Virus record (IMG/VR): IMGVR_UViG_3300042367_000228
Location: 308,017-372,016 of that record
DNA length: 64,000 nt
Strand: one strand, 5' to 3'
Of this stretch, positions 19,690-29,151 are shown piece after piece. The notes below the pieces were generated by a model. That model saw only the letters and a list, made by a program, of their open reading frames with translations, was not told where the DNA came from and did not search any database. Both the position numbers and the translations under genes were made by a program. The first letter of the stretch is position 1, and every line of letters begins with the position of its first letter.

Positions 19690-20394
19690 GTGTTTCTTTT
19701 ACTATCAACTAGCAACATCAAAACACAAAAAGGTGTTAAATTAGGATATGCTACTTATGTCTTACACTTATCACCATCTGATCTCAGTGGTGTTATCAAC
19801 ACTTGCCCAAAAGCAACACTAGGTTGCAAAATAGGTTGCCTAAACACTTCAGGTCACGGCGGCATGTACACTGACATTGAAGACAGTGTAGTTCAACAAG
19901 CTCGCATACGCAAAACAAAATGGTTTGCTACAGGACGCGACAGTTTCTTAGAAGCTCTAGTAGTTGACATCAAACGCGCAATTAAACAAGCTACAAAGAA
20001 AGGTCTTATTCCTGTATTTCGCCTCAATGGCACAAGTGATCTCTCATGGGAGAAATACAAAATTAACGGTATGAATATCTTTGAACTATTTCCAACTGTT
20101 CAATTCTACGACTACACTAAGGTGTTGCATCGTAAAGTTGGACACATCCATAACTATCATTTAACATTCTCTAGAGGCGAGTCTAATCAAGCAGAAGTTG
20201 ATTATGCTATTGCTAACGGTATGAATGTTGCTTATGTATTTGATAAAACTCCAGCGACATACGATGGTATGACTGTATTTGATGGCGACGACACTGACTT
20301 ACGATTCCTTGATCCGACAGGTGTAATTGTAGGTCTTAAGGCAAAAGGTCGCGCACGTAAAGACACTAGTGGATTTGTAATTAGAACAAAATAG
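19690..20394 (+). CDS. GP88-family protein (CxxxxxxCxxxC)
   Basis: TCPKATLGCKIGCL, FRLNGTSD, FYDYTK, YHLTFS, DGD.TDLRFLDP, GLKAKG. Confidence 0.75.
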   Translation: MFLLLSTSNIKTQKGVKLGYATYVLHLSPSDLSGVINTCPKATLGCKIGCLNTSGHGGMYTDIEDSVVQQARIRKTKWFATGRDSFLEALVVDIKRAIKQATKKGLIPVFRLNGTSDLSWEKYKINGMNIFELFPTVQFYDYTKVLHRKVGHIHNYHLTFSRGESNQAEVDYAIANGMNVAYVFDKTPATYDGMTVFDGDDTDLRFLDPTGVIVGLKAKGRARKDTSGFVIRTK

Positions 20395-20401
20395 GATTAT
20401 T

Positions 20402-20614
20402 ATGATTGAATCAGGAATGTGTTCTAGTAATTTTCTAACATACGATGAAGCCTGGCTCTTCTGTATCACTTGCACACACTTCAAGAAATATGACTGGCGA
20501 ATGATGACACGACGTGAATTTATAGAGTATAAACCAAGAGAAAAATGGTTCGAAGTCACCGGCGTGTCACATTTAATAGCCCAGGTACTACCTGTGAGAG
20601 ATGTAAATGATTAG
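20402..20614 (+). CDS. DUF1566/Lcl-like mini protein
   Basis: YDEAWLFC..KYDWRM.T. Confidence 0.8.
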   Translation: MIESGMCSSNFLTYDEAWLFCITCTHFKKYDWRMMTRREFIEYKPREKWFEVTGVSHLIAQVLPVRDVND

Positions 20615-20858
20615 AAGAGATTTAGCTTACAATACACACTTAGAATACTTAGATTATTCTAACTATAAAATGGATTGGGACAGCGCATGGTTATACTGTG
20701 CTACCTGTACATATAAAGACATGTATGATTGGCGAATGCTTACTCCATATGAATTTCGTAATGATCTATACATACACAGCTGGCATGCCGCTTCACGAAA
20801 GGACAACTTTCCAGCATTTGTATTACCAGTTCGAGATAGAGGCCCCGCTGTAACATGA
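20607..20858 (+). CDS. DUF1566/Lcl-like mini protein
   Basis: WDSAWLYC..YDWRM.T..E...PVRD. Confidence 0.8.
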   Translation: MIRRDLAYNTHLEYLDYSNYKMDWDSAWLYCATCTYKDMYDWRMLTPYEFRNDLYIHSWHAASRKDNFPAFVLPVRDRGPAVT

Positions 20859-21073
20859 GCATAGAAATATTACCAACAATTGATAAACAATTTACATACG
20901 ATGAAGCAATGATGTACTGCTTTTTTCTTATTATAGACGGCAAAAAAGGATGGAGACTACCTACAAGAGAAGAATATAATTCTTCTGTTAAAATATGGGG
21001 TTGGCATCAAGATGATGGTAGAGCATCAACATCTGATCTTTTCAAAGTAACCCCAGTGCGGGACTCTGACTAA
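20855..21073 (+). CDS. DUF1566/Lcl-like mini protein
   Basis: YDEAMMYC..GKKGWRLPT.EE. Confidence 0.85.
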   Translation: MSIEILPTIDKQFTYDEAMMYCFFLIIDGKKGWRLPTREEYNSSVKIWGWHQDDGRASTSDLFKVTPVRDSD

Positions 21074-21144
21074 ATTACCATTTGCTTACTAATAAATATT
21101 TTGCTATAATATGTTTTTATTTACAAACCTTACGGAGTACGTTT

Positions 21145-21441
21145 ATGTCTACAGAACTTATTGAAAAATTAGCACACGCACCAGGTCCGCATTCAGCTTA
21201 CATTGAGGATTCTGAATTACGTGATATGGCAATTGTATGGGCAGTTGCAATTCGTAATGAAAATCGAGTATCGGGTACTGAATCAGAGTATTTAAAACTA
21301 ATGCGTGACATGATGGAAAATGAGCCATTTTTGTATAGACGATTTGCTGACTATCTAATCAATACTGTTGATGAAGGCACATATAAAGAAGCGTGGAGTC
21401 AAACAGCAGATAGAATTCGTAAAACATTACTACCTAAGTGA
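21145..21441 (+). CDS. hypothetical protein
   Basis: promoter cassette; start after GGAG. Confidence 0.65.
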   Translation: MSTELIEKLAHAPGPHSAYIEDSELRDMAIVWAVAIRNENRVSGTESEYLKLMRDMMENEPFLYRRFADYLINTVDEGTYKEAWSQTADRIRKTLLPK

Positions 21442-21448
21442 GGTAAGC

Positions 21449-21655
21449 ATGACACACGTAGAACATGGACCGAGATCCGAAAACAAAATGACTTATGATG
21501 AAGCAATAATGTATTGCTTCTGGTTTACTTACAATGGTAAGAAAGGATGGCGACTTCCGACCTTTCATGAATTTGTAGATGGGAACTCTTGGTATAAAGA
21601 TGCTGAGATTACTAAACGCAAGTGGTATGTAAAACCTGTGAGGGACATAAAATGA
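21449..21655 (+). CDS. DUF1566/Lcl-like mini protein
   Basis: family motif; start after GAGG. Confidence 0.85.
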   Translation: MTHVEHGPRSENKMTYDEAIMYCFWFTYNGKKGWRLPTFHEFVDGNSWYKDAEITKRKWYVKPVRDIK

Positions 21656-21969
21656 ACTTTGAAATAGCACCACGCGACAAATGGTTAGCAGAAACTCCTT
21701 ACGACCAAGGAGCGATGTATTGCCTATTCCTTGAAATTGATGGAAAGAAAGGATGGCGATTGCCAACTAATGAAGAAGCTGACATGTTAGTAAACACAGT
21801 AGATCCGGGTAATGATTTTGAGAATCCCGAAGTCCTTCCAGAGTTAGAGGAGTTTAATTCCTATTGGTTTGATCCTGATCATTGGGGGTTTTGGACACAC
21901 GAAGATACAGTTGACGACTTTGATCTTGACGAACTGTTTACTGCGATTCCAGTAAGGGACATAACATGA
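21652..21969 (+). CDS. DUF1566/Lcl-like protein with acidic insert
   Basis: MNFEIAP...YC..GKKGWRLPT.EE...PVRD. Confidence 0.8.
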   Translation: MNFEIAPRDKWLAETPYDQGAMYCLFLEIDGKKGWRLPTNEEADMLVNTVDPGNDFENPEVLPELEEFNSYWFDPDHWGFWTHEDTVDDFDLDELFTAIPVRDIT

Positions 21970-22259
21970 ATATTGAAATAGCACCAAAAACAACGGAGAT
22001 ACAAGCCACGTGGGATGAAGCAGTTATGTATTGTTTTTTTCTTGAAATAGATGGAAAGAAAGGATGGAGACTGCCTACTAAAGAGGAATTAGATTATATC
22101 TACCATTCAAAAAATGATTTCATTGATGCCTACTACTGGTCCTCTACTGAGTACAATGGCAGCAGCGCCTGGGGTCAGGTTTTCACCAGTGGCACCCAGT
22201 TCAGCTCCAGTAAGAACGGCGGCAGCTACTACGTTAGAGCAATAAGGGACATAATATGA
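21966..22259 (+). CDS. DUF1566/Lcl-like protein with DGR-type variable region
   Basis: WRLPTKEEL...YWSSTEY....AW.Q.F.SG........YVRAIR. Confidence 0.9.
   Translation: MNIEIAPKTTEIQATWDEAVMYCFFLEIDGKKGWRLPTKEELDYIYHSKNDFIDAYYWSSTEYNGSSAWGQVFTSGTQFSSSKNGGSYYVRAIRDII
22128..22250 (+). other. putative DGR variable region (VR) plus IMH-like 3' end
   Basis: 22 of 35 codons end in C and none in A; variable codons are all derivable from AAY by A-to-N change. Confidence 0.7.
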
Positions 22260-22333
22260 ACTTTGAAGTCGCACCTAACGGTGCTCGAACTGATAATTGC
22301 CATATGCAAAACTTAACTGGAGAACTACGATGA
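22256..22333 (+). pseudogene. truncated DUF1566-family remnant
   Basis: MNFEVAP start, stop after 25 aa. Confidence 0.5.
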
Positions 22334-22806
22334 GAAAATCCCTATCACATAAAGAAATCCTAATACTAAAACTCAATAATCTTTTAGCTACTTCTGAATC
22401 ACTCGAAGACAAACTCGTAACCGAGAATAATCAATGGCAATGCCGTGCAACAGTCCTACGCAGCGATATTCAAAATTTGATTGACTATGTAGGCTGGTCG
22501 GTAGAAGAGAATAATATGAATATTGAAATAGCACCAAAATCTGCCGAGGAGTCATGTAGTTGGGATACTGCACGAACATATTGTTTATTTCTTAACTTTG
22601 ATGGAAAAACTGATTGGCGACTTCCAACAAAAGAAGAACTAAATCAAATCTATGAATCAGATAATGATTTTCGTAGTGGTCGATACTGGGCTTCTAATGA
22701 ACAAAGTGTAGATACTGCTTGGAGTCAAAGTTTTGAAAATGGTAGCAGATACCCTAACTTTAAGTTCCACGGTGGCCTATACGTTAGACCAGTAAGGGAC
22801 TTATGA
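22330..22806 (+). CDS. N-terminal helical domain fused to DUF1566/Lcl-like domain (internal start 22516)
   Basis: MNIEIAPK...DWRLPTKEEL...YWAS.E....AW.Q.F.NG...YVRPVR. Confidence 0.8.
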   Translation: MRKSLSHKEILILKLNNLLATSESLEDKLVTENNQWQCRATVLRSDIQNLIDYVGWSVEENNMNIEIAPKSAEESCSWDTARTYCLFLNFDGKTDWRLPTKEELNQIYESDNDFRSGRYWASNEQSVDTAWSQSFENGSRYPNFKFHGGLYVRPVRDL

Positions 22807-23069
22807 TTATTGATTATAAGATTGATCGTGCTCCGTCACGTATAGTAAACAACTATGAAGAGGCTTGGCTGTATTGCCTTACCTGTAATCATGATGGACA
22901 TAATGATTGGAGGTTACCTACTGTAGACGAATGGCAATATTCGTCTACAAACACAATGCCTTTAGAAGCTTATTATGAAAACAATTATTTCTTTAAAGTT
23001 GAACCGGCTATGCAGAATAAGGCAGTTCCAGTACGTGAAGTAAAATATTCTTTACAAATCAACAAATAA
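22803..23069 (+). CDS. DUF1566/Lcl-like mini protein
   Basis: YEEAWLYC..GHNDWRLPT. Confidence 0.85.
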   Translation: MIIDYKIDRAPSRIVNNYEEAWLYCLTCNHDGHNDWRLPTVDEWQYSSTNTMPLEAYYENNYFFKVEPAMQNKAVPVREVKYSLQINK

Positions 23070-23135
23070 TTGTTATACTATATTTTTTTAAACACTACAG
23101 CAAGCAAGGCCCCGCTGTACAAACAGGAGCATAAC

Positions 23136-23723
23136 ATGGCAACACGTAGCGCAATTGGTTATATGAGAAACGATGGTACTGTTCGAGCAGTGTACGTGCA
23201 TTGGGACGGATACTTATCACATGTTGGTAAAACACTTATTGAGAACTATGACTTAATTGGTGTAGGCGATTTATGTGATTTAGGTGACATAAGCTCATTA
23301 GGCGAAACAATTGAAGATACTGAGTTTTACGGACGCGATCGCAACGAAGATGATATTGAAGCACATGAGTTTGCATCTGAACATGAGTTTGTAGATTGGT
23401 ATAATGATTCTGAGTTTTTCTATTTAATAAAAGATGACACATGGTATGTGTCAGAACATTGCGCAGAGTTCTTGTTACTTGCAGATCGGTTAAAAGCTAC
23501 AAAAGTTGAGTATACCGATTATATTCGCCCAGATGAAACAACAACATCCTACAGTGCAAGAGATGCAGTAGTAGCAATGGTAGCTGATGGTGCAGTTGAA
23601 CCAGTGTACATGATTAAGCTGTTACTTGATCGTATTGATCATGAAACATTAGAAGAGTTGTTGAAAGATGAATTCCATATTGACGATATCAATTCAGAAT
23701 GCTATTTTAAGGAGAACGAATAA
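23136..23723 (+). CDS. conserved phage hypothetical protein
   Basis: MATRSAIG...VYVHWDGY...VG..L. Confidence 0.75.
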   Translation: MATRSAIGYMRNDGTVRAVYVHWDGYLSHVGKTLIENYDLIGVGDLCDLGDISSLGETIEDTEFYGRDRNEDDIEAHEFASEHEFVDWYNDSEFFYLIKDDTWYVSEHCAEFLLLADRLKATKVEYTDYIRPDETTTSYSARDAVVAMVADGAVEPVYMIKLLLDRIDHETLEELLKDEFHIDDINSECYFKENE

Positions 23724-23983
23724 TGACTAACCAAAAAGTTAAAAAGCCAGTTGTAAAGAAACGCATTATACAAGTTGGAACACATAAGTTTCGTATTGCT
23801 GAAACTGATCTACCTCATAACGGAAGAGTTACACTAAGTGATCCTCATATACAAGAACGTGGGCCTGTACAGGAACTCGTAGTATATGCAACAGCAAGTT
23901 CTGATACATACGAACCAGGTCGCAAGTATGCGTGTTTTTACAATCTTCGTAGCAAGCTCGAAGGCTACTTTACGGTTAATTAG
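23723..23983 (+). CDS. hypothetical protein
   Basis: coupled ORF. Confidence 0.55.
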   Translation: MTNQKVKKPVVKKRIIQVGTHKFRIAETDLPHNGRVTLSDPHIQERGPVQELVVYATASSDTYEPGRKYACFYNLRSKLEGYFTVN

Positions 23984-24149
23984 GAGGTACCGTGCTTAAC
24001 CGTGATGTATTTGAAAACAATGTAATCAAGGCACTTGAAGATTACATAAATTACAACAATCAGATAACTCCTCTTAGTGAGGATTTCTTTCATAGAATCG
24101 AAGCACTGAAACAAAAGGCACAGGAGTTACAATCTAAACAGGATAAATC

Positions 24150-24539
24150 ATGAACATTACATTTGCAGGATTAAAGACAACTGGTAAAGTAGAAACCGTT
24201 TGGGCTGTAATTGATTTAGAGAGAATAACTTCACCTAACCGTTGGACTCACTATACTGATTACATTGTAGTATGGGGTAGACGAGGAGGCAAGTTAAGAA
24301 CTATACGGATCAATCAAGATTATCAAATAACCTTAAACGATAAAATATTTATTGACGACTATGAGCCATGGGCCGCTACTTTAATATTAGATCGCGGCTA
24401 TGTAGGCGATGCTGCTAATCGAATATATACAAAGTTTAAAAAAGGTTACAAACCAGTTAAGGCTGAGAATTTAGCAGATGTATATCCAACCTTTGAAAAA
24501 GATTTAGATAAGATCAACTTTTGGGAGCAACTGAAATGA
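24150..24539 (+). CDS. WGR-domain-like protein, paralog 1
   Basis: VVWGRRGGKL...K.KKGY. Confidence 0.55.
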   Translation: MNITFAGLKTTGKVETVWAVIDLERITSPNRWTHYTDYIVVWGRRGGKLRTIRINQDYQITLNDKIFIDDYEPWAATLILDRGYVGDAANRIYTKFKKGYKPVKAENLADVYPTFEKDLDKINFWEQLK

Positions 24540-24880
24540 AAATTACATTTGCAGGTTTGAAGACAACTGGTAAAGTAGAAACCGTTTGGGTTGTACTCGA
24601 GTTAGGTAAACATCAGCCGCAAGACTGGAATTATGATTATGTAATTGCTTGGGGCAGACGAGGCGGAAAGTTGCAATCTATGACTCGATTAGGATGTTGT
24701 CGACCAAACTTGGAATATAACTCTGCTCTTTTCCACAGGTATAGTACCATTGGCAAACTAATCAATAAGAAGATTAACAAAGAGTATGAAAGTATTGATG
24801 AAGCTCGGTTAGATGAAGTATATCCAGAGTTCGAAAAAGATTTAGATAAACTTGCATTTTGGGAAACATTGAAACTATGA
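24536..24880 (+). CDS. WGR-domain-like protein, paralog 2
   Basis: same N- and C-termini as 24150; IAWGRRGGKL. Confidence 0.55.
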   Translation: MKITFAGLKTTGKVETVWVVLELGKHQPQDWNYDYVIAWGRRGGKLQSMTRLGCCRPNLEYNSALFHRYSTIGKLINKKINKEYESIDEARLDEVYPEFEKDLDKLAFWETLKL

Positions 24881-25134
24881 AAATACCAACAACTGACGAG
24901 ATGTTTAATGATGCAATTCGCACTGCCTACAAAGATGCATTTTGTGGTACATATTATGAACGCCATCGTTACTTTCAATACAGTGCAATAGAGCTCGTTA
25001 CTGATTGGGCTAAACAACATGGCATCCGCCCTTATGCTAAATCAAGAGGACGATATGTACAGCTTAGAAAAAGAGACTGGTATATTACCGACCAAAAGAA
25101 GTATATGTGGTTTATTTTGCGATATGGACAGTAA
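24877..25134 (+). CDS. hypothetical protein
   Basis: coupled ORF; WF.LRY C-terminus. Confidence 0.6.
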   Translation: MKIPTTDEMFNDAIRTAYKDAFCGTYYERHRYFQYSAIELVTDWAKQHGIRPYAKSRGRYVQLRKRDWYITDQKKYMWFILRYGQ

Positions 25135-25204
25135 AAATACCATTTGCACACTAGTAAGTAATTTGCTATAATATGTTTTTAGTTAAACAACTGCGGAGCA
25201 CATT

Positions 25205-25378
25205 ATGGACCAAATACAACAATTTGAAGTAGACCAAATCACAGCAAGTCTTGCAGCTCAAGGCGTTACTAATTTCACAATGAAACGTGGTAACAACTGT
25301 GTTTGGGTCTCGTACAACTCAATCGATTGTTATTATATTTTCAAAGATGAAAAACTTGTTAACATACAAGTAGATTAA
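25205..25378 (+). CDS. small hypothetical protein
   Basis: 57 aa; promoter cassette with GGAGC RBS. Confidence 0.6.
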   Translation: MDQIQQFEVDQITASLAAQGVTNFTMKRGNNCVWVSYNSIDCYYIFKDEKLVNIQVD

Positions 25379-26160
25379 ATATGTTTGCAGTTATCAAAAT
25401 GATATCGTTTCATATTTGTAGATCCTTCTTTTCCGCAATGAGGACATATTATTTTTGGTTTATGTTGTTTAGCATAACTCATTTTTGCTTTTGTGTCAGC
25501 CGACATGTTTTGTTTAGAAAGGCGCATTTTTTCTATAGAAGATGCTGAATGAGTTTTGCCTTTGTGTGCGGCACTAATTTTAGCCTTGTGATCGTCTGAT
25601 TTAGGTCTTCCTTTTCCTGCTATACTTAGTTTAGCTTTAGTTTCAGCTGAAAGAGGTTTACCTTTATTAGGTGACGTCCTGCCTTTAGAAGCGACGCTTA
25701 GTTTAGCTTTAGTTTCATCTGAGACAGGTTTACGCGGTTTAGTTGAAACTCTGCCTTTTCCTGCTATACTTAGTTTAGCTTTGGTTTCAGCTGAAAGAGG
25801 AATACCTTTTTTGCGTGACGGCCGGCCTTTACTAGCCTGACTTATCTTTTTTCGGGTTTCAGCTGATGGAGATCGTTCTCTCATTGCAGCTGCATGATTT
25901 CGTTTAAGCCAACTATATAACTTATTATTACGATATTTTCCAGATGACATTCGATGGGCTGCAAATAGCAATTTATGATTATCTGGATAGATTTTTACAA
26001 GCAGTTGATGTGCTACATAATGAGCTTCAGGAGTTAGACGTACTAAGTTACTTGGTTCATTAGAACCGCCCATACATCGCGGAATAATGTGATGCTTTTC
26101 TGTGTAATCTGCAATCATATCTTTTGCAGTGAGTTGTTCGTATATTTTTTGGTAATTCAT
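25375..26160 (-). CDS. HNH homing endonuclease with NUMOD3 repeats
   Basis: EKHHIIPRCMGG...NLV.LT...H..AH; SAETKAKLS repeats; C-terminal CPHC..HF.NC. Confidence 0.9.
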   Translation of the reverse strand: MNYQKIYEQLTAKDMIADYTEKHHIIPRCMGGSNEPSNLVRLTPEAHYVAHQLLVKIYPDNHKLLFAAHRMSSGKYRNNKLYSWLKRNHAAAMRERSPSAETRKKISQASKGRPSRKKGIPLSAETKAKLSIAGKGRVSTKPRKPVSDETKAKLSVASKGRTSPNKGKPLSAETKAKLSIAGKGRPKSDDHKAKISAAHKGKTHSASSIEKMRLSKQNMSADTKAKMSYAKQHKPKIICPHCGKEGSTNMKRYHFDNCKHI

Positions 26161-26210
26161 TGTACTCCCCCAGATAAAAGAGAAGATTTGAATGTGTTAA
26201 ATAAATACAT
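26157..26210 (-). CDS. 17-aa leader peptide coupled to HNH gene
   Basis: MYLFNTFKSSLLSGGVQ*; AGGAG RBS; stop overlaps HNH ATG; conserved in second copy. Confidence 0.55.
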   Translation of the reverse strand: MYLFNTFKSSLLSGGVQ

Positions 26211-26280
26211 GGCTGGTACTCCTATATAGTATTAGAGCCGTTAGATCTGCCAGGATCGTGAACGGCATTTTTATTTATCA
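26211..26280 (-). ncRNA. conserved structured leader (hairpin + pseudoknot) of HNH cassette
   Basis: GCCGTT/AACGGC stem, GATC/GATC inner stem, loop CTGG complementary to CCAG next to RBS. Confidence 0.6.
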
Positions 26281-26371
26281 AAATTCCACTATGTGATTTA
26301 ATTACCATTTGCAATCCAGCTTACACTTTGTTATAATATATTTTTACTTACACAACAACGGAGTAGCAAAA

Positions 26372-26794
26372 ATGGCTTATGTATCAAAAGAAGATAAAGA
26401 CTCAAAAGCACCACGCTTAAGAGCATTAGCTAAACAGTATGGTTTGACTGCTACAGTAGCAGTTCGCCATCACAGCACCTTGCAGTTGAATGTATCAAAA
26501 GGCAAGATTGATTTTATCTCTAATCATGCAGATCGTGTAGCAGAACTTAATCATTGGTCAGCTGACAAAGAAAAAGACTATAATCAAAATAAAGATCGCA
26601 AGTATATGCAAGTGTCGCATCACTGGACTGATCACTTTGATGGCAACGCTAAAGAGTTTTTAGATAAAGCATTTGAGATCATGTTGGAAGGCTACTATAA
26701 TAACAGCGACGCAATGATTGATTATTTTGATACTGCGTTCTATGTTGACATCAATATTGGCAAATGGGATAAACCTTACACCGTTACAGCTTAA
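26372..26794 (+). CDS. conserved phage hypothetical protein
   Basis: IDYFDTAFYVDINIGKWDKPY C-terminal motif. Confidence 0.75.
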   Translation: MAYVSKEDKDSKAPRLRALAKQYGLTATVAVRHHSTLQLNVSKGKIDFISNHADRVAELNHWSADKEKDYNQNKDRKYMQVSHHWTDHFDGNAKEFLDKAFEIMLEGYYNNSDAMIDYFDTAFYVDINIGKWDKPYTVTA

Positions 26795-26808
26795 GAGGAG
26801 ATTAGACA

Positions 26809-27048
26809 ATGGCAATTACAGTAACAACAAATCAAACAGAGTCCATTGAAAAAATTAAGTATCCAATACTCGGAATTTTTCCAAATGGTACTATTGTTTT
26901 GTTTTCTTCTGAAACGTCTAGCACTATCTTGAAAGGAGAATCAAAAGACTATATAGGTCTTGATTGGAATCTCCAAAAAAACCGTTATATGCCCAATACC
27001 TGGGTGCCTTACCAAGGCACTGTAACATTATCTAATGAGACCTTATGA
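26809..27048 (+). CDS. hypothetical protein
   Basis: AGGAG RBS. Confidence 0.6.
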   Translation: MAITVTTNQTESIEKIKYPILGIFPNGTIVLFSSETSSTILKGESKDYIGLDWNLQKNRYMPNTWVPYQGTVTLSNETL

Positions 27049-27260
27049 ACGATTTTAATTTTGATTTAGACAAGATGAAAGCGGCTGTTGAGTCCGGACG
27101 CGCTTCAATTCCTAAAGAAGCCTTAGAGAGTTTTGAGGCATTTGATAAATGGTTAAATGAGGACAACGAACATGTTGTAAAAAAAGTTTGCGATCAAAAA
27201 GTAAATGGCGTTTGTCCATTACATAATCTATTTTGTCAATATCCTGAATGCGAGAACTAA
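27045..27260 (+). CDS. hypothetical protein
   Basis: coupled ORF; CPLHN..C.YP.C. Confidence 0.55.
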   Translation: MNDFNFDLDKMKAAVESGRASIPKEALESFEAFDKWLNEDNEHVVKKVCDQKVNGVCPLHNLFCQYPECEN

Positions 27261-27264
27261 CACG

Positions 27265-27480
27265 ATGTTAGAATTTAAATTAATCGGCTCTGTTCTTACT
27301 GTCATTGAACGACTTCATTCTTTTACCGAAACTCGTACTAGCTTTTGGTACTATAATATTGATACATGGTGTAAAAATCGTAACGGTAAAGAAAACGAAC
27401 CAATGGATTTTCAATGCGACCAAGGCACTATTGACTGGGTGAGAAAATACTACTTCCCAAAAGTTGGATTAACAAGTTAA
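27265..27480 (+). CDS. hypothetical protein
   Basis: ORF; start reassigned. Confidence 0.55.
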   Translation: MLEFKLIGSVLTVIERLHSFTETRTSFWYYNIDTWCKNRNGKENEPMDFQCDQGTIDWVRKYYFPKVGLTS

Positions 27481-27495
27481 CCTGAGGACCAAATA

Positions 27496-27720
27496 ATGAA
27501 CAAACAAATTAGAGATTTTGCAGAGCAAGCTGGTTACATGCCAAATGAACCAACTGCAGAGGCGTTTAACGAATTTAGCATTGAGAAATTCGCTAACTTG
27601 ATTATTAGTGAAGCATTGCGTATTTGCGATGAAGTATCAGAACCAGTTGATGAAGACGACCCTATGGTAAAAGGCGCGATTGTTTGTGCCGAAATGATTA
27701 GAGAAAACTTTGGTATATGA
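27496..27720 (+). CDS. hypothetical protein
   Basis: MN..I...A.QAG...EKFA.LII.E...C phage motif. Confidence 0.65.
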   Translation: MNKQIRDFAEQAGYMPNEPTAEAFNEFSIEKFANLIISEALRICDEVSEPVDEDDPMVKGAIVCAEMIRENFGI

Positions 27721-28094
27721 ACATCTCACGATTTAGCAAACAACGATTAAAAACATTATTTAAGACTGAGCATGTATCGGAAGAGTACTCGCTTCCATTG
27801 TTTAACTATCTGGTACATGGATTTAAACCTGGCAGTTTTTGGGAAAGTGTGTTAGCTAATGATTTTTTAGGCGCAATGATGTCTAGCCATCCAAGTAATC
27901 AAATTGTACATCTCAAGTATGCATCTATTTGGATATCTCATCGTATGCCACCTATAGCAGTTGGTAGTTACGAGAAAGTAGACAATTGGTTAAAGCTATC
28001 GGAAGATGAGCGCAGAACTATTTTAGAAGAGTGTGAGTTAATCTATACATCAAAAGAAGACACTTGGTTAGCACTTACTGAAGTTGAGCAATAA
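27717..28094 (+). CDS. hypothetical protein
   Basis: YL.HG..PGSF...VLAND motif. Confidence 0.7.
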   Translation: MNISRFSKQRLKTLFKTEHVSEEYSLPLFNYLVHGFKPGSFWESVLANDFLGAMMSSHPSNQIVHLKYASIWISHRMPPIAVGSYEKVDNWLKLSEDERRTILEECELIYTSKEDTWLALTEVEQ

Positions 28095-28160
28095 ATATCG
28101 TTACAATCCACTAGCAATTTGCTATAATATGTTTTTAGTTAAACAACTGCGGAGCACATT

Positions 28161-28349
28161 ATGTTATCAAAAGTTATTAGTAAAACTAACTGGGAATTGT
28201 TACGCAACCAAAAAGAATGGTTGTGGAATCAGGAATCCGACGAAGCAATAGGACTTGTTCATTTCTTAGATGCTATCCAAGACGCGGCAGTTGAAGATGG
28301 TATTGCTACTGAGTTAGAAGTGTTTGGAGAGTTAACAGATGATGATTGA
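28161..28349 (+). CDS. hypothetical protein
   Basis: promoter cassette. Confidence 0.65.
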   Translation: MLSKVISKTNWELLRNQKEWLWNQESDEAIGLVHFLDAIQDAAVEDGIATELEVFGELTDDD

Positions 28350-28668
28350 AATTGGCCCACAACTTTTTCAAATAATGCACGAACTGATTATATCAGTATC
28401 GGCATTACTAATTTTGTATGGTTTGTATCGCCTAACTGACAAAGTGTTAGAGCGAATAATGTGAGAGCAGATCGCTATTTAATGTATCGCCAAACAAGCA
28501 TTAAGTTCACTAATGCAGAAAAAGCACGATTGGCGCAACTTAAAAATAAAGATCGTAAGAATAATGGAATGTGGTATGCACCAGCTGGTACACGACGTAA
28601 TTAGTTCTTTACAAATCAACAGCATTTTGCTATAATATGTTTTTACTTACACAACAAAGGAGCACACA

Positions 28669-29067
28669 ATGTCTAAACAAGCACAACTTTCTGATCAACT
28701 TAAAGAGTTACAAGCAAGCGCCTGTAGTCTGTTTGAAGGTGTTGAACTTGCAAAAGGTAAGTTACCATTTGAAATTGCTCCTGAATGTACACAAAATTAT
28801 GGCTCTTGGTATAGTGCAAATGAACTTGCTAAGTTTGTAGGGAACGGTTGGAGATTACCAACCCGTAAAGAAGTACCACTAATAGGTGACTTTTTTGAGT
28901 TTGGAGTAAGATTTAATGAACCAATTTGGACATCGGAAACAATTGATGAAGATATATGGGACGACTTTGACATTTGGTCTGTTGATATTAAGACAGGTAA
29001 AGAAGAACAAAGTTTCATGTTTTCAGATTTTGGAATTGTGTTAGTTCGCGATCGATCAAACGACTAA
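28669..29067 (+). CDS. N-terminal extension + DUF1566/Lcl-like domain
   Basis: FEIAP...GWRLPTRKE...WTSE...LVRD. Confidence 0.75.
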   Translation: MSKQAQLSDQLKELQASACSLFEGVELAKGKLPFEIAPECTQNYGSWYSANELAKFVGNGWRLPTRKEVPLIGDFFEFGVRFNEPIWTSETIDEDIWDDFDIWSVDIKTGKEEQSFMFSDFGIVLVRDRSND

Positions 29068-29151
29068 TTAGAAGTTGATATACAAACTACTTGCAAACCA
29101 GCAAGTAGTTTGCTATAATATATTTTTACTTAAACAACAAAGGAGTACACA

